Shown here in pieces: positions 54,301-63,193 of a stretch of DNA of 64,000 bases; positions within the stretch are counted from its first letter, which is position 1, and each line of letters opens with the position of its first letter. The notes below the pieces were generated by a model. It had not been told where the DNA came from and made no database searches. It was given only the letters and a program-made list of their open reading frames with translations. Made by a program: the position numbers and the translations under genes. Source of the stretch: Camelus ferus (Eukaryota); contig NC_045698.1 of the NCBI RefSeq assembly GCF_009834535.1, forward strand, positions 9,922,001-9,986,000, written 5' to 3'.

Positions 54301-57300
54301 AACACACAAATGATCAGAATAAGAAAGTGGACAGTGGATATTTAAACGTTTATAAGAGGAATTCTAAATGTAGGAATTTATATCCTACATTTAAACTCTA
54401 GAAAATGAATGGTTATCAACATTAACACAAGAAGTAAGAGAAAATTTGAATAAAAAATAGCAATATAAGAATCTGGGGGAAAAAAAGTTAATACAGACAA
54501 GAGACTTGAGATTTTAAAATACAAATCCAAAGACCCAGTGCCATGTACTTTCATAATAAAGCTCTGTGACTTCTCAAGACAAACCCATCCATCCAATTGT
54601 TCTCAATATGCTAACCTTTGCCTTTAACCCTGTAGAATCAAACCCAGGTCTACATGTTTGTGCACATAAACTGTCCATCAACTACACACATTTCATTTTA
54701 GCTCCAGGTTGACAATCTCCAGCTCCATGAAAGACCTTACCATCATCTACAAAACAGAGACAGAAGTCCAAACTTGAAAGGTATTTGTGAGGATTAAATT
54801 AGGTGCATTCTTGGGATAACAGTAAGGCGATCAGCATGTGAATAAACATGGCATGACCAAGACTTTGACCCTGGACATCAAAATTCAAGTGACAGAAAAA
54901 AACTTCTGAATCATGATTTTTTAATTGTACAAATGTTTAAACTCTCTCCATCCTTAGAAAGCCTGGCCCTGTTGGCGGCATTGTCTGAGATCCAGGCCCA
55001 CCCCATTAATGTCACTGGCCACCAGAAGCGGATGGAGGATCAAGCTGTCAGGTCTAAGAGCCCCTTTGTGGCTGAGCAGGGACACCCTTGTCCCCAACCC
55101 TCCTGAAGGCATCAGGGTACAAAAGCCCTATGAAGCAGACATTACTATTTCCACACAAGGAAATCGAGACTAGAGACCATTAACAGTTTTCCCGGGAGTG
55201 CCCTGGTAAGTGGCAAGGCTGGGTTTCAGGCCCTAGCATGTCTGTAGAGTCAGGCCAAGACATGGGGTGTCCTTGGCAACTAAGAATTTTGCATCCATTC
55301 AAACTGATGTTCCACAAACATCCTATCTGTAAATTTCTACTCGAGGATTACCTAGGGCTCTCTTGGGAGGAGACCCTGTATACACTGCACGCGTTATAGA
55401 AGGAGTTGTGGGTGGAGACTGGAGTTAACTGGCACCACTTTCTGAGCTACACTTGTAGTATTTCAGTGCCAGGATGAACTGGTGCCCAGCCACTTCTAGC
55501 AGGCACGCCCTGTGTCCAGCTCGCCCACCACAATCCTATGTCTCAGCAAATGCTGACTCTCCACCACATCCTCACCTCCTAACGTGCTTAGGACTCAGGC
55601 TCCCGGCCTGGGCACCTGGTAGGCTGGGTTCCATGCTTTTCCCAACTGGTTACTAGTCAACTTCACTTTTATCTACATCATACTATTCACCCCAAGTCCT
55701 AATATGATGCCTTTGCACAGCAAAGAATGTGGGGCAAGGAATAGGTTCTCCAGCCAAAAAAAAAAATTTTTTCTTTGTTTAAAAAAAAAAAAGTTTCTCT
55801 AGGTAGCATGATCAGCCTCGTTGCAGGTCTGAATCTGAGAAAGAAAGGGACCTGTTTTAATGTGGTCTATTGCATCTTTTTGGAAGAATTTATTTCCTTT
55901 TTTTTTTTTATTTGGGTGCTTTGTTCTCTATGTATATGTACGCTCCCAGCAATGTAACAAACACAGTGGAGAAGAAGAGAGTATAACAGTATAACAGGTT
56001 TAAATCACCCCTGGAGATCATTGTAAGTAATGTGGAGTCCAAGAATAGCAGTTGAAACTCCTTATTTTAAATCACCAAATACTTCTGAGACCAGTTTCAC
56101 TTTGGATCTCCATATCAATCTCAAGCCCATAGATAATTAATTTCTGGATGAAACAGTGCTAAAGAGGCCATGGACATAGGTTTGATCACCTGAAGCCAGT
56201 TTCCATTCTCCCCCACTCTGGATGAATCAGGGCAAATCCATGAGCAGAAGCAAAAGTTACTCAAAGTGTATGCCTGGCTAAAATGCCTGGGTATTGGTAA
56301 AATACGGGGTTTCTTTTCCTTTTTTTTTGAAGGATATCCAAATGGCCCAGGCTGGTTTAGCTCACTTCTCTGCCATCTAGATAACCTGATCCTTCCTATC
56401 TCCTGAGGAGTAAAATAAAATCAGTATCAAAGGACTCTCATCATTCCTACAAGACCATTTGCTGCACAGGGAGGGATGGTTTCTATGTTGATTTGTGAAA
56501 TATCCCCAGTGCCCAGAACAGTGCCTGGCACTTCAGTAGAGTCTCCATTGATATCTAATCAGGGGATGATGAACCACGTTTATCACTTACAACTCATTCG
56601 CAGGTAATTAAGGGATGGAACAAATTATCCCAGCTCGATGCGAGTCTGTGACTGCAGATGCAGAATTCCCTCAATGAGCTCCTATGTCTTCCATGCTGTT
56701 ATGATTCGAGCACAAACCACTGCACGAAATTCCATTAGTATGGATTAGCTCTCCCTCAACTCACAGCAAATATAACTAACCTCACTTAGCCTACCTCCCA
56801 TTCAAATGTGCTGAATTACAGAAACCGAGGGGCGCAGTTCTCCTACTCTTTTCTACAAACGAAAGAGTCCTCTCTACAGAGTTAACCCAATTTCCACGTC
56901 TGCCAACAAAGAAAAGCCTCCCTTTCTGTCTTCCAGCATTTTCACTCTAACCCACAGGGCCCCCATTTCCTCTCTGGGAGACGCCGCTCTGGGATGCTTC
57001 CTGGACCCCCCAAACCGGCTCGTTAATTGGCTGGAAGAACCACAATTCAGCAACTCTCTACTCTTCACTGTACTTTTCGCGTCTCAGCTTTTCTTCCTCC
57101 CCTTTTATTTCATTTCTGCAGGTGAAGGGCCACGGCTGCAGCGGAAGCGCTGTACCTCCTTCCCACGTTAAGAGCACTTGAGCAAAGTGGTTCCTGGAAG
57201 CGAAAGACACTCCACGCTGGCTAATCCACTCACAGCAGGCGCTGCAGTGAAGCCCTCCTTTACTGAACAGGAGCCACGCTCCCCCTCCATCACAAAGAGC

Positions 57301-60300
57301 TGGCACTTAAACGGAGCCCAGTCCCATCAATTTTCTTACGTCTTGAGAGTAAGCTCTGGAATCTTGTCTATTTTTGCTGGACTTTTCAGGTCCCCCAATC
57401 TCCCCATTTACCAGCTCCAATATCTGTCATTCTTTCCAAACAAATAAAACACCCCTCTTTACCTGTCACTACATGTGGGCTTTTCACCCAAGCCAACCCA
57501 AAACCTGCTATAGAGGTATTGCCATAACCACAAACGCCCCACGACCCCAACATCCCATCATCCAAACTGTAACTTAGAGTCCATTCTCTCCGTACCGAAT
57601 TTCTGGACCCGATGGAGACTTAGAGGGCCTTCACATGGCCATATATTCTACCAACCCCCAACTCTACAGTGGTTTTACCCCAAAATCAGGATATACCTCC
57701 CTTGGAGAATCCCAAGAGCCCCTTCTGGCAGCAAGTGTCGTATCATTCAAGTGGATTTCACCCATATGTTAAAATACACATACAGTGTCATCATTCACAT
57801 TATATACGGCCCAGGGGTGAAGTTCCAAAACCTCCCTTATTCGTCACAATGAGCCAGAGTGCTTAAAGCTAACTGCTTATTAGAATCACCTGGGAGCTTT
57901 AAAATGCTGATTCCTTTGCCTCCTACCCCCAAGAAACTCTGACTCCTCTTGTCGGGAGTGCGGCCCTGGCATTGGTATTTCTCAAAATTTCCGCCGGCAG
58001 TTACAGCGGCAGCCTCCCCAGAGAACTCTGCTCCAACTGGAATGCATTTTATTAATTGTTCATGACGGACAAGTACTACCAGGCTCTCACACGAGGTAGG
58101 AACTTAGAAAGTCCAAGGGCATAACTCCGGGATCCTGTAACTCTCGACCTTTTTTCTCTCGTTACTAGAGTTGTGTGAAAATTGATAGGAAGAACAAGTT
58201 TCAGCTCAACCCCATGAGGCGTGGAAGTGCTCCTCCCTGCCACATGATGGAGCACAGCGCCTGGCACCAGTAGGCGTCCAGCAGGTGCTTGTGGAGTGGG
58301 TGGCCCTTGCACCTGGAGCCACCTTCTCCTGGGGTCCAGCTACGGCGTAACTACAGTGTGGCTATGTTGGGCATTAACTTGTTCAGGCTCAGGAGTGCTC
58401 AGCCCAGGCATTAACAAGCCAGCTACATCCTAGAGCCATTCACCTTCTGATGCTCAAGGAAACTGTTTTGACCTGTACATGTGAATTGTGTTCACTGGGC
58501 CAAACATGCCCAGGCCTGATTAACAGAGGATACTGAAACCGGTTTGGCTATTTTGCCAAAGAATAACAACACTGACATCCTTTCAGCTTTCAAAAGATAT
58601 CTGAGAGCAAAGGTTCTTTTCTGTCTTGCTTCCACTGCGTCCTCCCAGGGGAACCCTGGCCCCTCCCTGCAGAGCTTCTCAGTAGGGGAAGGCGCTGCCC
58701 TGTCTCCCCCACAGTCCCTACCCCACATCCCACCCCCGATAATCACTGTTTGCAGAAACCTAGCAATCTGAAATTCGATGAGCAGCAGTACTCCCTGGCA
58801 TCAACAGAGAAGTGCTGAACAATATATATTCCAGCAGTGGGAGAAAACAGGTCCCCATTTCAAAACTAGCTTTGCAATTAGGTGAATTTTAGGTCAAGAG
58901 GACAGTCATCAGTCTCTCAAGTGTTTTTTTTTTTTCTGAAGGTCAGCAAAGTCAACCAGCAAAATTATACATTTCAGTTTAATCTTAGGGAAGGAAAGAG
59001 AAACAGAATCTATAGGTCTGGAATTCATGTCCATTGTACACTTGCACTGGAAGTTGGTACTGAGCATTCTTCAGCTGTGAGAAAAGCAGAAAGCAGACAA
59101 ACATCACATCTGAGCCATATTTTTATAAGTGAGTAAGTGAATATATATAGAACGATTTCCAGTTTCTTCACTGAAAAGCATTTATGTCTATTATGTAACA
59201 ACAAGGAAGTATGGCTTGACTTTTCTAAACCCACAGAGTCTCTGGTTTATTTGGCTGTTATTTATTTGCATGTGAATCCTGAATAAAGTCAAATATTATA
59301 TTACAATAACCTAATTATAAAGTAGCATCATTCCAGTAACAGTCTCAGACTAAGGGTAAATAGAGAGAGATTTACAGTTTGCATGTTAATTTTGAAATCA
59401 TTGTCATTGATTATTTTAGGTCACAAAGTCATAATTTAATTAAGTGTCGTATCAGTCCACTAGATAGAAAATGTGCAATTATTCACATAATACACTGCAA
59501 CATTATTAAGGTAATTCTGTTAACATCATACTTCAGTGGGGTGAACAGAACCAGCATCTGAAATATATAAATGAAACTTCCACAAAACTTACCATACTCC
59601 CAGAAGGCAGCTCATGCCAAGAAGGAATCTAATTCGTTAATTATACTCAAAATGTTATCATTATTTAATTTTTTAGACTTGGTAGTAAAGTATAGAAAAG
59701 TGAAGAAAAGAACAGAAAAAATGCGAAAGTCTTAATTCATTCAATTTATTGCACAAGCATAAATTGAGGTGTATTAGTACCTGACTCTGTGTTAAGGGAA
59801 GGCTGTTTGAAATAGATAAACAATATGGTCCTACTGTACAGCACAAGGAAATATATTCAATAGCTTGTAGTAATCTATAATGAAAAAGAATATGAAAATA
59901 CACGTGTATAACTGAATCACTGTGCTGTACACCAGAAACTAGGACAACATTGTAAATCAACTAGACTTCAATGAAAAAAAAAAGAAGAAGAAGGAACACC
60001 ATCCCTGTCCTCCAGGAACTCACAAGTAAACACCTGTCATTTCACTGCATTGATGTGATGAGGGCTCTAGCAGCCAGAGAAGCGAAGCACTGAGAGGACC
60101 CAGGGAAGGGAGCCCTCGCCCCCTTCTCAAACTGTCAGGGAGGCTTCTCAGAGGAGGTGACACTGCATTTGGTCTTAAAAAATGAGTAAGTATTTGCAAG
60201 CAAACCAGTTCACTTGGCTGGAAGATGATGACCTTGGGAAGGATGCATGAGAATCCTGGGGCTGGGGGAAGTGGAGGGTGGCTGGCGTTGGAAAGCTTAG

Positions 60301-61072
60301 GAACGCTTAGCAGAGACAGCATTCCTGTGTTTTGTGGTGGAAGAGTAAGTTGCTGGGGACAAATGAAAGATACAGTGATGAAGCCCTGAGGAAGCATGTG
60401 TCAGCGCTGAGAACCTGGAGAACCTCCATTTTCTTCAGACGTTAATTAGCAGTGGAAGAGGTTCCAAACCCCTCTTTATACATCTGCATAATAAAAAGCT
60501 GCTGAGTTGAGTCCTAGGCAGGCGGAGCTCATTCTTCAATGAGACTCCAAAGACACATCCTTGCATCCCAAGGTCTGTGAGATTTCCAGGCCTACAGAAG
60601 GCAGTGGGATGGCGGGTGGGGCGGGGTGGGAGGAGGGGAGGCCATTTCAAAGAACCTAGAAAACCTGCAGCCTTAACCACCTCTCATCACCAACAGAAGC
60701 TTACAGGTCTGGGAGAATGCAGTCACCAAAGCACCCTGAAGGGGTTTTGTCCATCAGGCAAGCATCATCCCAAAAGATGCAGCCTGTATTTCTGCAAGTA
60801 TTTACAGTTTAGGTGGAATGTGCAGGAAAGCCTAAAGATGCAGTACCCTTTTTTTTTATTTGAAATATCAACATGTAGCCTTGCACATGATCCAAAAATT
60901 AGTAGACTAACATGTTTCTCACAAATTCATCAGAATATAACTTTGAACCTTTTGCAGGAATTTTGGCCCCCAGGCATGATAATCCGAGACACACAAAAAC
61001 GCAAGCTTTCCTTACCGTTAAAACTCGGGTGATGCTCTGCTTCCAGAGCTGTCTCCTCCCGAGCCTGAACAT
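854..61072 (-). CDS. DNAH5: Dynein axonemal heavy chain 5, coding exons 1-24 (N-terminal tail; gene continues past the window start)
   Basis: 24 GT-AG exons translate to peptides matching mammalian DNAH5, from [11 protein letters not shown] to IDFQVGPIE. They total 3840 nt against the recalled 3834 nt in human, with 6 extra bases in exons 2, 4, 14, 16 and 19. Confidence 0.97.
1669..1870 (-). CDS. DNAH5: DNAH5 exon 23 (202 nt)
   Basis: tag|[22 protein letters not shown]...VGALALCT G|gttggt. Confidence 0.96.
4144..5106 (-). mobile_element. 5'-truncated L1 (ORF2 C-terminus, 3'UTR and polyA)
   Basis: ORF 4826-5014 reads [33 protein letters not shown], typical of L1 ORF2. 17-bp TSD ggtcag(a/g)tttacattct at 4127-4143 and 5107-5123. 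Confidence 0.92.
6601..6734 (-). CDS. DNAH5: DNAH5 exon 22 (134 nt)
   Basis: tag|[45 protein letters not shown]|gtatgc. Confidence 0.95.
7285..7586 (+). mobile_element. L1 3'UTR fragment with polyA
   Basis: cagaaacagactca...tgtacatctgaaactaaca..gtcaactacacttcaattaaaaaa. Confidence 0.8.
7592..7690 (+). mobile_element. tRNA-Ala-derived camelid SINE (Vic-1-like), internally deleted
   Basis: TATAGCTCAGTGGTAGAG...GGGTTCAATCCCCAGTACCTCC followed by an A-rich tail. Confidence 0.8.
7733..7776 (+). repeat. 18-bp tandem repeat, about 2.4 copies
   Basis: (tgaggcaatgatatcagt)x2 followed by tgaggcaa. Confidence 0.9.
8385..9650 (-). mobile_element. L1 with a 5' inversion (8385-9456 minus, about 9470-9650 plus)
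   Basis: Minus part starts [19 protein letters not shown]; plus part reads [21 protein letters not shown]. These are adjacent segments of ORF2. Confidence 0.88.
9651..10590. mobile_element. Old L1M fragments in mixed orientation, with a younger L1 tail inserted at 10423-10548
   Basis: ORF1-like A-rich sequence and an L1M 3' end (aaaccactgaattgtacactttaaaagggtgaatttta). TSD ttatatta(t/c)ctaaatt at 10407-10422 and 10549-10564. Confidence 0.7.
11005..11160 (+). mobile_element. tRNA-Ala-derived camelid SINE (Vic-1-like)
   Basis: GGGGAGGGTATAGCTCA..GGGTTCAATCCCCAGTACCTCC, A-rich tail, degenerate TSD aagaag(a)t(a)tttgtag. Confidence 0.88.
11628..11715 (-). CDS. DNAH5: DNAH5 exon 21 (88 nt)
   Basis: tag|[30 protein letters not shown]|gtaagt. 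Confidence 0.95.
11804..11994 (-). CDS. DNAH5: DNAH5 exon 20 (191 nt)
   Basis: cag|[46 protein letters not shown]...SELLSK|gtgggt. Confidence 0.96.
13300..13440. mobile_element. MIR SINE fragment
   Basis: gcaaattacttaacctc..cagttttaaatgagagtaatgatagtatctac..ggcactcaataaatg. Confidence 0.6.
13578..13819 (-). CDS. DNAH5: DNAH5 exon 19 (242 nt, two extra bases)
   Basis: cag|[77 protein letters not shown]|gtaatg. Confidence 0.92.
14550..14715 (-). CDS. DNAH5: DNAH5 exon 18 (166 nt)
   Basis: tag|[56 protein letters not shown]|gtaaga. Confidence 0.95.
15880..16245 (+). mobile_element. L2 3' fragment
   Basis: cctcagggcctttgcacttgctattccctctgcctggaatgct..ggcaaggatctcatctgttttgttc..aaatgaaggaat. 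Confidence 0.75.
17309..17830 (+). mobile_element. Solo LTR (MER68-like)
   Basis: Begins tgcagaaaaaggctaacac..gcaggtctgag, has an internal aataaa, ends gactcctgaca. Confidence 0.6.
18594..18739 (-). CDS. DNAH5: DNAH5 exon 17 (146 nt)
   Basis: aag|[50 protein letters not shown]|gttatt. Confidence 0.95.
19676..20270 (+). mobile_element. MaLR MLT1-type LTR, interrupted by a SINE
   Basis: ctgaataatggccc..tgtgaatattaccttacatggaaaagggg..taagccactaagtttgtggtggtttgttacagc. Confidence 0.8.
20028..20203 (-). mobile_element. tRNA-Ala-derived camelid SINE (Vic-1-like) nested in an MLT1 LTR
   Basis: Reverse-complement SINE head at about 20126-20203, T-rich tail, TSD agccatc(g/t)ta. Confidence 0.88.
22506..22678 (-). 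CDS. DNAH5: DNAH5 exon 16 (173 nt, one extra base)
   Basis: cag|[58 protein letters not shown]|gtacgt; frameshift at 22576-22579. Confidence 0.93.
23270..24250 (+). mobile_element. L2 fragment
   Basis: tctccacttgaatatctaacagacatttcaaacttaacatg..gtcatccttgac..ttagggcctttg..gtgcctgaaacagtaactggac. Confidence 0.75.
24468..24689 (-). mobile_element. L1 3' end fragment
   Basis: tttacaatgttgtgtcaatttctggtgtacagca..atagttccctgtgctata; TSD aatacaattg at 24458 and 24690. Confidence 0.8.
25605..26125 (+). mobile_element. MaLR MLT1-type LTR
   Basis: tgtagtggtttta..cagaatcatgagata..ttgttttaacccatcacatttgggg..cagcaa. Confidence 0.65.
26330..26545. mobile_element. MIR SINE fragment
   Basis: gagttctggtcctacttctgccatttactagct..aagtcatttaatttctctgagccacagttttgtcatctacaaaa. 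Confidence 0.65.
26620..27500 (+). mobile_element. Degraded L2 fragment
   Basis: aactccagacttacacatct..atcatccttgagttctt..cctagttcaagccaccgtcatctc. Confidence 0.55.
27657..27863 (-). CDS. DNAH5: DNAH5 exon 15 (207 nt)
   Basis: cag|[31 protein letters not shown]...YKKNFSNVK|gtatag. Confidence 0.96.
28791..29113 (-). CDS. DNAH5: DNAH5 exon 14 (323 nt, one extra base)
   Basis: cag|[32 protein letters not shown]...HRAWLQQ|gtgagt; frameshift near 29071-29077. Confidence 0.93.
29591..29676 (-). CDS. DNAH5: DNAH5 exon 13 (86 nt)
   Basis: tag|[30 protein letters not shown]|gtaaaa. Confidence 0.95.
31987..32094 (-). CDS. DNAH5: DNAH5 exon 12 (108 nt)
   Basis: cag|[36 protein letters not shown]|gtaggt. 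Confidence 0.96.
34838..35053 (-). CDS. DNAH5: DNAH5 exon 11 (216 nt)
   Basis: aag|[36 protein letters not shown]...EDMVTKYQ|gtactg. Confidence 0.96.
35586..35708 (-). CDS. DNAH5: DNAH5 exon 10 (123 nt)
   Basis: cag|[41 protein letters not shown]|gtaacg. Confidence 0.96.
35870..36250 (-). mobile_element. Older L1M 3' end
   Basis: gctttattgaagtataattgaca...cagcctctggtaaccacc. Confidence 0.75.
37766..37873 (-). CDS. DNAH5: DNAH5 exon 9 (108 nt)
   Basis: cag|[36 protein letters not shown]|gtaagt. Confidence 0.96.
38532..38645 (-). CDS. DNAH5: DNAH5 exon 8 (114 nt)
   Basis: tag|[38 protein letters not shown]|gtgagt. Confidence 0.96.
39000..39262 (+). mobile_element. MLT1 LTR 3' part
   Basis: cagccagcaaggaactgaatcct..gagataataaatgtttgttgttt..taagttttggagtagtttgttaca. 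Confidence 0.7.
39539..39690 (+). mobile_element. 5'-truncated camelid SINE
   Basis: GAGCGCATGCCTAGCAT..GGGTTCAATCCCCAGTACC; 15-bp TSD aaag(g/t)ctatttccat at 39524-39538 and 39691-39705. Confidence 0.85.
39848..40024 (-). CDS. DNAH5: DNAH5 exon 7 (177 nt)
   Basis: cag|[25 protein letters not shown]...AAKSKLLK|gttgct. Confidence 0.96.
40768..40905 (-). CDS. DNAH5: DNAH5 exon 6 (138 nt)
   Basis: tag|[17 protein letters not shown]...VWIKQAEQ|gtaagt. Confidence 0.96.
41082..41161 (+). repeat. 26-bp minisatellite, 3 perfect copies
   Basis: (gctgcccgaacctccccagaccctga)x3 followed by gc. Confidence 0.95.
41788..41872. repeat. Compound microsatellite (TA)n(TATG)n(TG)n(TA)n
   Basis: Read directly from sequence. 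Confidence 0.9.
42322..42350. repeat. (CA)n microsatellite
   Basis: Read directly from sequence. Confidence 0.9.
42680..42901 (-). CDS. DNAH5: DNAH5 exon 5 (222 nt)
   Basis: cag|[33 protein letters not shown]...QESLKEK|gtatga. Confidence 0.96.
43012..43551 (-). mobile_element. ERV-type solo LTR
   Basis: Minus strand starts TGAAAGAC and ends GTCTTCA (terminal inverted repeat), with AATAAA near its 3' end. Confidence 0.55.
43749..43985. mobile_element. Tigger2-family (TcMar) non-autonomous DNA transposon
   Basis: Terminal inverted repeats gttgaccttgagcaacacagg ... cctgtgttgttcaagg. Confidence 0.7.
44310..44471 (-). CDS. DNAH5: DNAH5 exon 4 (162 nt, one extra base at the 3' end)
   Basis: tag|[55 protein letters not shown]|gtaaga. 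Confidence 0.92.
45070..45226 (-). mobile_element. tRNA-Ala-derived camelid SINE (Vic-1-like)
   Basis: Reverse-complement head at about 45150-45226, long poly-T, TSD-like caaaaaccagttct / caaaaagacagttct. Confidence 0.88.
46909..46993 (-). CDS. DNAH5: DNAH5 exon 3 (85 nt)
   Basis: cag|[29 protein letters not shown]|gtatgc. Confidence 0.95.
47407..47552 (+). repeat. 70-bp direct duplication (period 76)
   Basis: 47407-47476 and 47483-47552 differ at 3 positions. Confidence 0.95.
47640..48355 (+). mobile_element. Older L1M (ORF2 end and 3'UTR)
   Basis: Translates to [36 protein letters not shown]; typical L1M 3'UTR follows. Confidence 0.85.
49120..49343. mobile_element. MER63A-like hAT DNA transposon
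   Basis: ctcttcccaactc..agtgacatcatgttggtag..tacaccac..agccgattgttaaac..cactg. Confidence 0.65.
50038..50173 (-). CDS. DNAH5: DNAH5 exon 2 (136 nt, one extra base)
   Basis: tag|[38 protein letters not shown]..(ALLEGTQ)|gtgcgg; frameshift near 50059-50060. Confidence 0.92.
51740..52330 (+). mobile_element. MaLR MLT1-type LTR
   Basis: ccagccaccatgctatg..cccagctgagcccagcca..taagctgctaagttctggtacagtttgttacggagcagtagataac. Confidence 0.75.
53086..53099. promoter_or_regulatory. Candidate RFX X-box in intron 1
   Basis: TCTGCCATGGCAAC, 12/14 match to the palindrome GTTGCCATGGCAAC. Confidence 0.4.
57855..58032. mobile_element. MER5-like hAT-Charlie element
   Basis: attagaatcacctgggagctttaaaat..ctgactc..tggtattt..gagaactctg. 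Confidence 0.65.
59805..59985 (+). mobile_element. L1 3' end fragment
   Basis: gtcctactgtacagcacaaggaaatatattcaatag..ctgtacaccagaaact..aaatcaactagacttcaatgaaaaaaa. Confidence 0.82.
61016..61072 (-). CDS. DNAH5: DNAH5 exon 1 coding part (57 nt)
   Basis: [19 protein letters not shown], donor ACG|gtaagg. Confidence 0.93.
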
Positions 61073-61420
61073 CACAGCGGTCTGCTCAGCTTATGGACGA
61101 TCTTCTAACTCCTGGGAGACCTACTCATTATCCGACAAGCTTTCAAAAGAAAAGTCCTTTGGAGGACCAGAAGTTCATGCTTACATGTCTAATTTGCAAG
61201 CATTATTCACCACATACACAGGATAAAAATTACAAGTGCACCAGTATCATTCAAGCTTTCCTTCTAGAGTCTCTCCCCTTAGCCTTCTCCTCTGTTGCAA
61301 AGCCTTGTGTTGTTAGGTAATACTGTTTACATGCTGTATCAGTTTACCCGTGTCTCTTAATCCTGCTTATCAACCAATCAAAGAGTCTGAACCACTGGGT
61401 TGCAACACAACTTCTGATGT
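61073..61420 (-). promoter_or_regulatory. Putative DNAH5 5'UTR and proximal promoter (no CpG island)
   Basis: Lies directly upstream of the ATG. Contains an X-box-like GTTGTTAGGTAAT (61309-61321), a forkhead site TGTTTAC (61324-61330) and CCAAT (about 61374-61378). The transcription start cannot be placed from sequence alone. Confidence 0.45.
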
Positions 61421-63166
61421 TCGTCTAATTCTGCACACTGCCCAACAGTAAGCTTGGAGTCCATTGAGATCTTTGAATCACTTCTTTGAACAATGAGTAA
61501 CTTGAAACCGTATCAAAAGAGAAAGCAGAGAAGCCACAGCTCGAAATAATTTGCAGAGGAAATTCCTGTCTGTCTCTGTCTAAACAACTTTGTGTGCACA
61601 ATTACCTGCCAGCATCATGACGAATTGTGACTGATTGTCAGAGAGGTTCATTGTAACCCAGTGCAGCCATTTCCTCCCCATAAAGAAGCTTATTCATATG
61701 CAAATTGCAAAAGATGTCCATAAATTACTTGTATTCACACAGTTGTACATACAAATAAACCGAGGTCATTCATTCTTCATGACTAAACATTTCGATCATC
61801 CTTCCTTTAAAGACAGGATGGGAAATCACAGCCCACATGATCTGAGAGATCTCATCCATGTGATTTCTCTCAACCAGATGAATAAAAGGCAGGACGTTTA
61901 AGGTTGGGCATGTTGAATCCAGGACTGCTTGAAACTCAAGTGTCAGGAACTCAAATCCCATCAGGTCATGCAAGGATAAATCAGGAAATAGGGAACCCAT
62001 CCCACCAAATCCTGCTAATCAGCCTCACAAGACACTCACTTGAAAGCCAGGATGCTAATTTGGTACTGACACCTACTGCTAATTTGGATGCTAATTTGGT
62101 GTCTGCACTTGGGAGGTTCACCTGCTCAACAGCAAACACTAGGGCATGGCCTCCATATGCAGAGTTAACAGAGAGACAGAATTCAGATCTGAATATTATT
62201 TGGTAAGCCAAGCACTAGAGCACAAGAAATTAGAGTTTATTTATGGGATACTTTCTAAATCAACCTCTGGGTATTGGTAAGTGGCTATTTTCTGTTCTAA
62301 CGATGAAGACTGTGTCTAGACTAGAAGTCATTCTCCTCCGTGCGGTGTCGAAAGGTCACCAGCAAATCGCAGTATTTTCTCATCCTCCTTGCTCAGCATC
62401 TAAGTATCAGTCCTGAGACTCCTCTGTCAACACGTGACCTCAGGACAGAGGTCACAATTCATTATGTGACCGCTGATCCTTCATTAGTTACACTGAAATT
62501 GGTGCTTTCCTGTTGGTATTTCGGGCACCATCCTCATTTCATCAGTAGCCGTTTACAACGTATCTCTTGGGAAGAGTTACTTTCTGGGATGATTTCCACA
62601 GATGGCTGATGGCATTCATTCCACGTCTGGCAGGCGTCACCATGGCTCTCATGAGGCTTTGCAGTAAACTGCAAAGTCTTCCAGCCTCTGTGGCTGGATT
62701 TCAGCCTCCTTTGGGCAAAAAAGAGGCAGTAGGTATCTTAAGGGATCCCCTTGAATGAAGGAGGCTCCCAGAGGATTGTCATTAAGCAGCACAGAGTAAA
62801 GCACAAGCCTGAATCTGCATCTGACCACCTGCCCCCTAATGGCCAGCCTGCGACGAAACTGGTTTCTGGTCACTGGAGAAGAGTTAGCAAATGCTGCTCA
62901 GCGAGAGACTCAGAAGGGTCTTCCTATGAGCAGTTTCCACCAGGCAAAGGCTTCTGTGGGCAAGTCTCCTCCTTTAAGAACTTTTAAGCCAAAGTCCTCC
63001 AGCCCCATCTGCTTGGACGATGCACTGTTCCAGGCTGAGAATATCGTCCATTCACAAATCTTAAACCAGACATAATGAGAAAACAAGAGTGGGCAGTGGG
63101 CCACATGTAGGCAGGAGACTTCATCCAGAAACCCAAGTATCTTCAGGCAAAGTTTAAAGTTCCACT

Positions 63167-63193
63167 TTCATTCATTCATTCATTCATTCATTC
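63167..63193. repeat. (TTCA)n microsatellite, likely an L2 tail
   Basis: Read directly; followed by the L2-like ccaggcactgtactac. Confidence 0.8.

Noticed and set aside
60577..61032. 151-aa plus-strand ORF overlapping exon 1 in antisense
   Set aside because: GTG start and no recognisable domain; no support for an antisense gene.
854..61072. DNAH5 as a true pseudogene
   Set aside because: Only +1 insertions are seen, with no deletions, nonsense substitutions or splice-site losses and high peptide conservation. An artefact is more likely, though not formally excluded without reads.
854..61072. Programmed frameshifting or RNA editing explaining the net +6 nt
   Set aside because: Stops follow the individual shifts, I saw no slippery sites, and no such deletion editing is known for mammalian nuclear mRNA. 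The multiple of 3 is coincidental.
62340..63104. Cluster of overlapping short ORFs, possible processed pseudogene
   Set aside because: No recognisable peptide, polyA tail or TSD.
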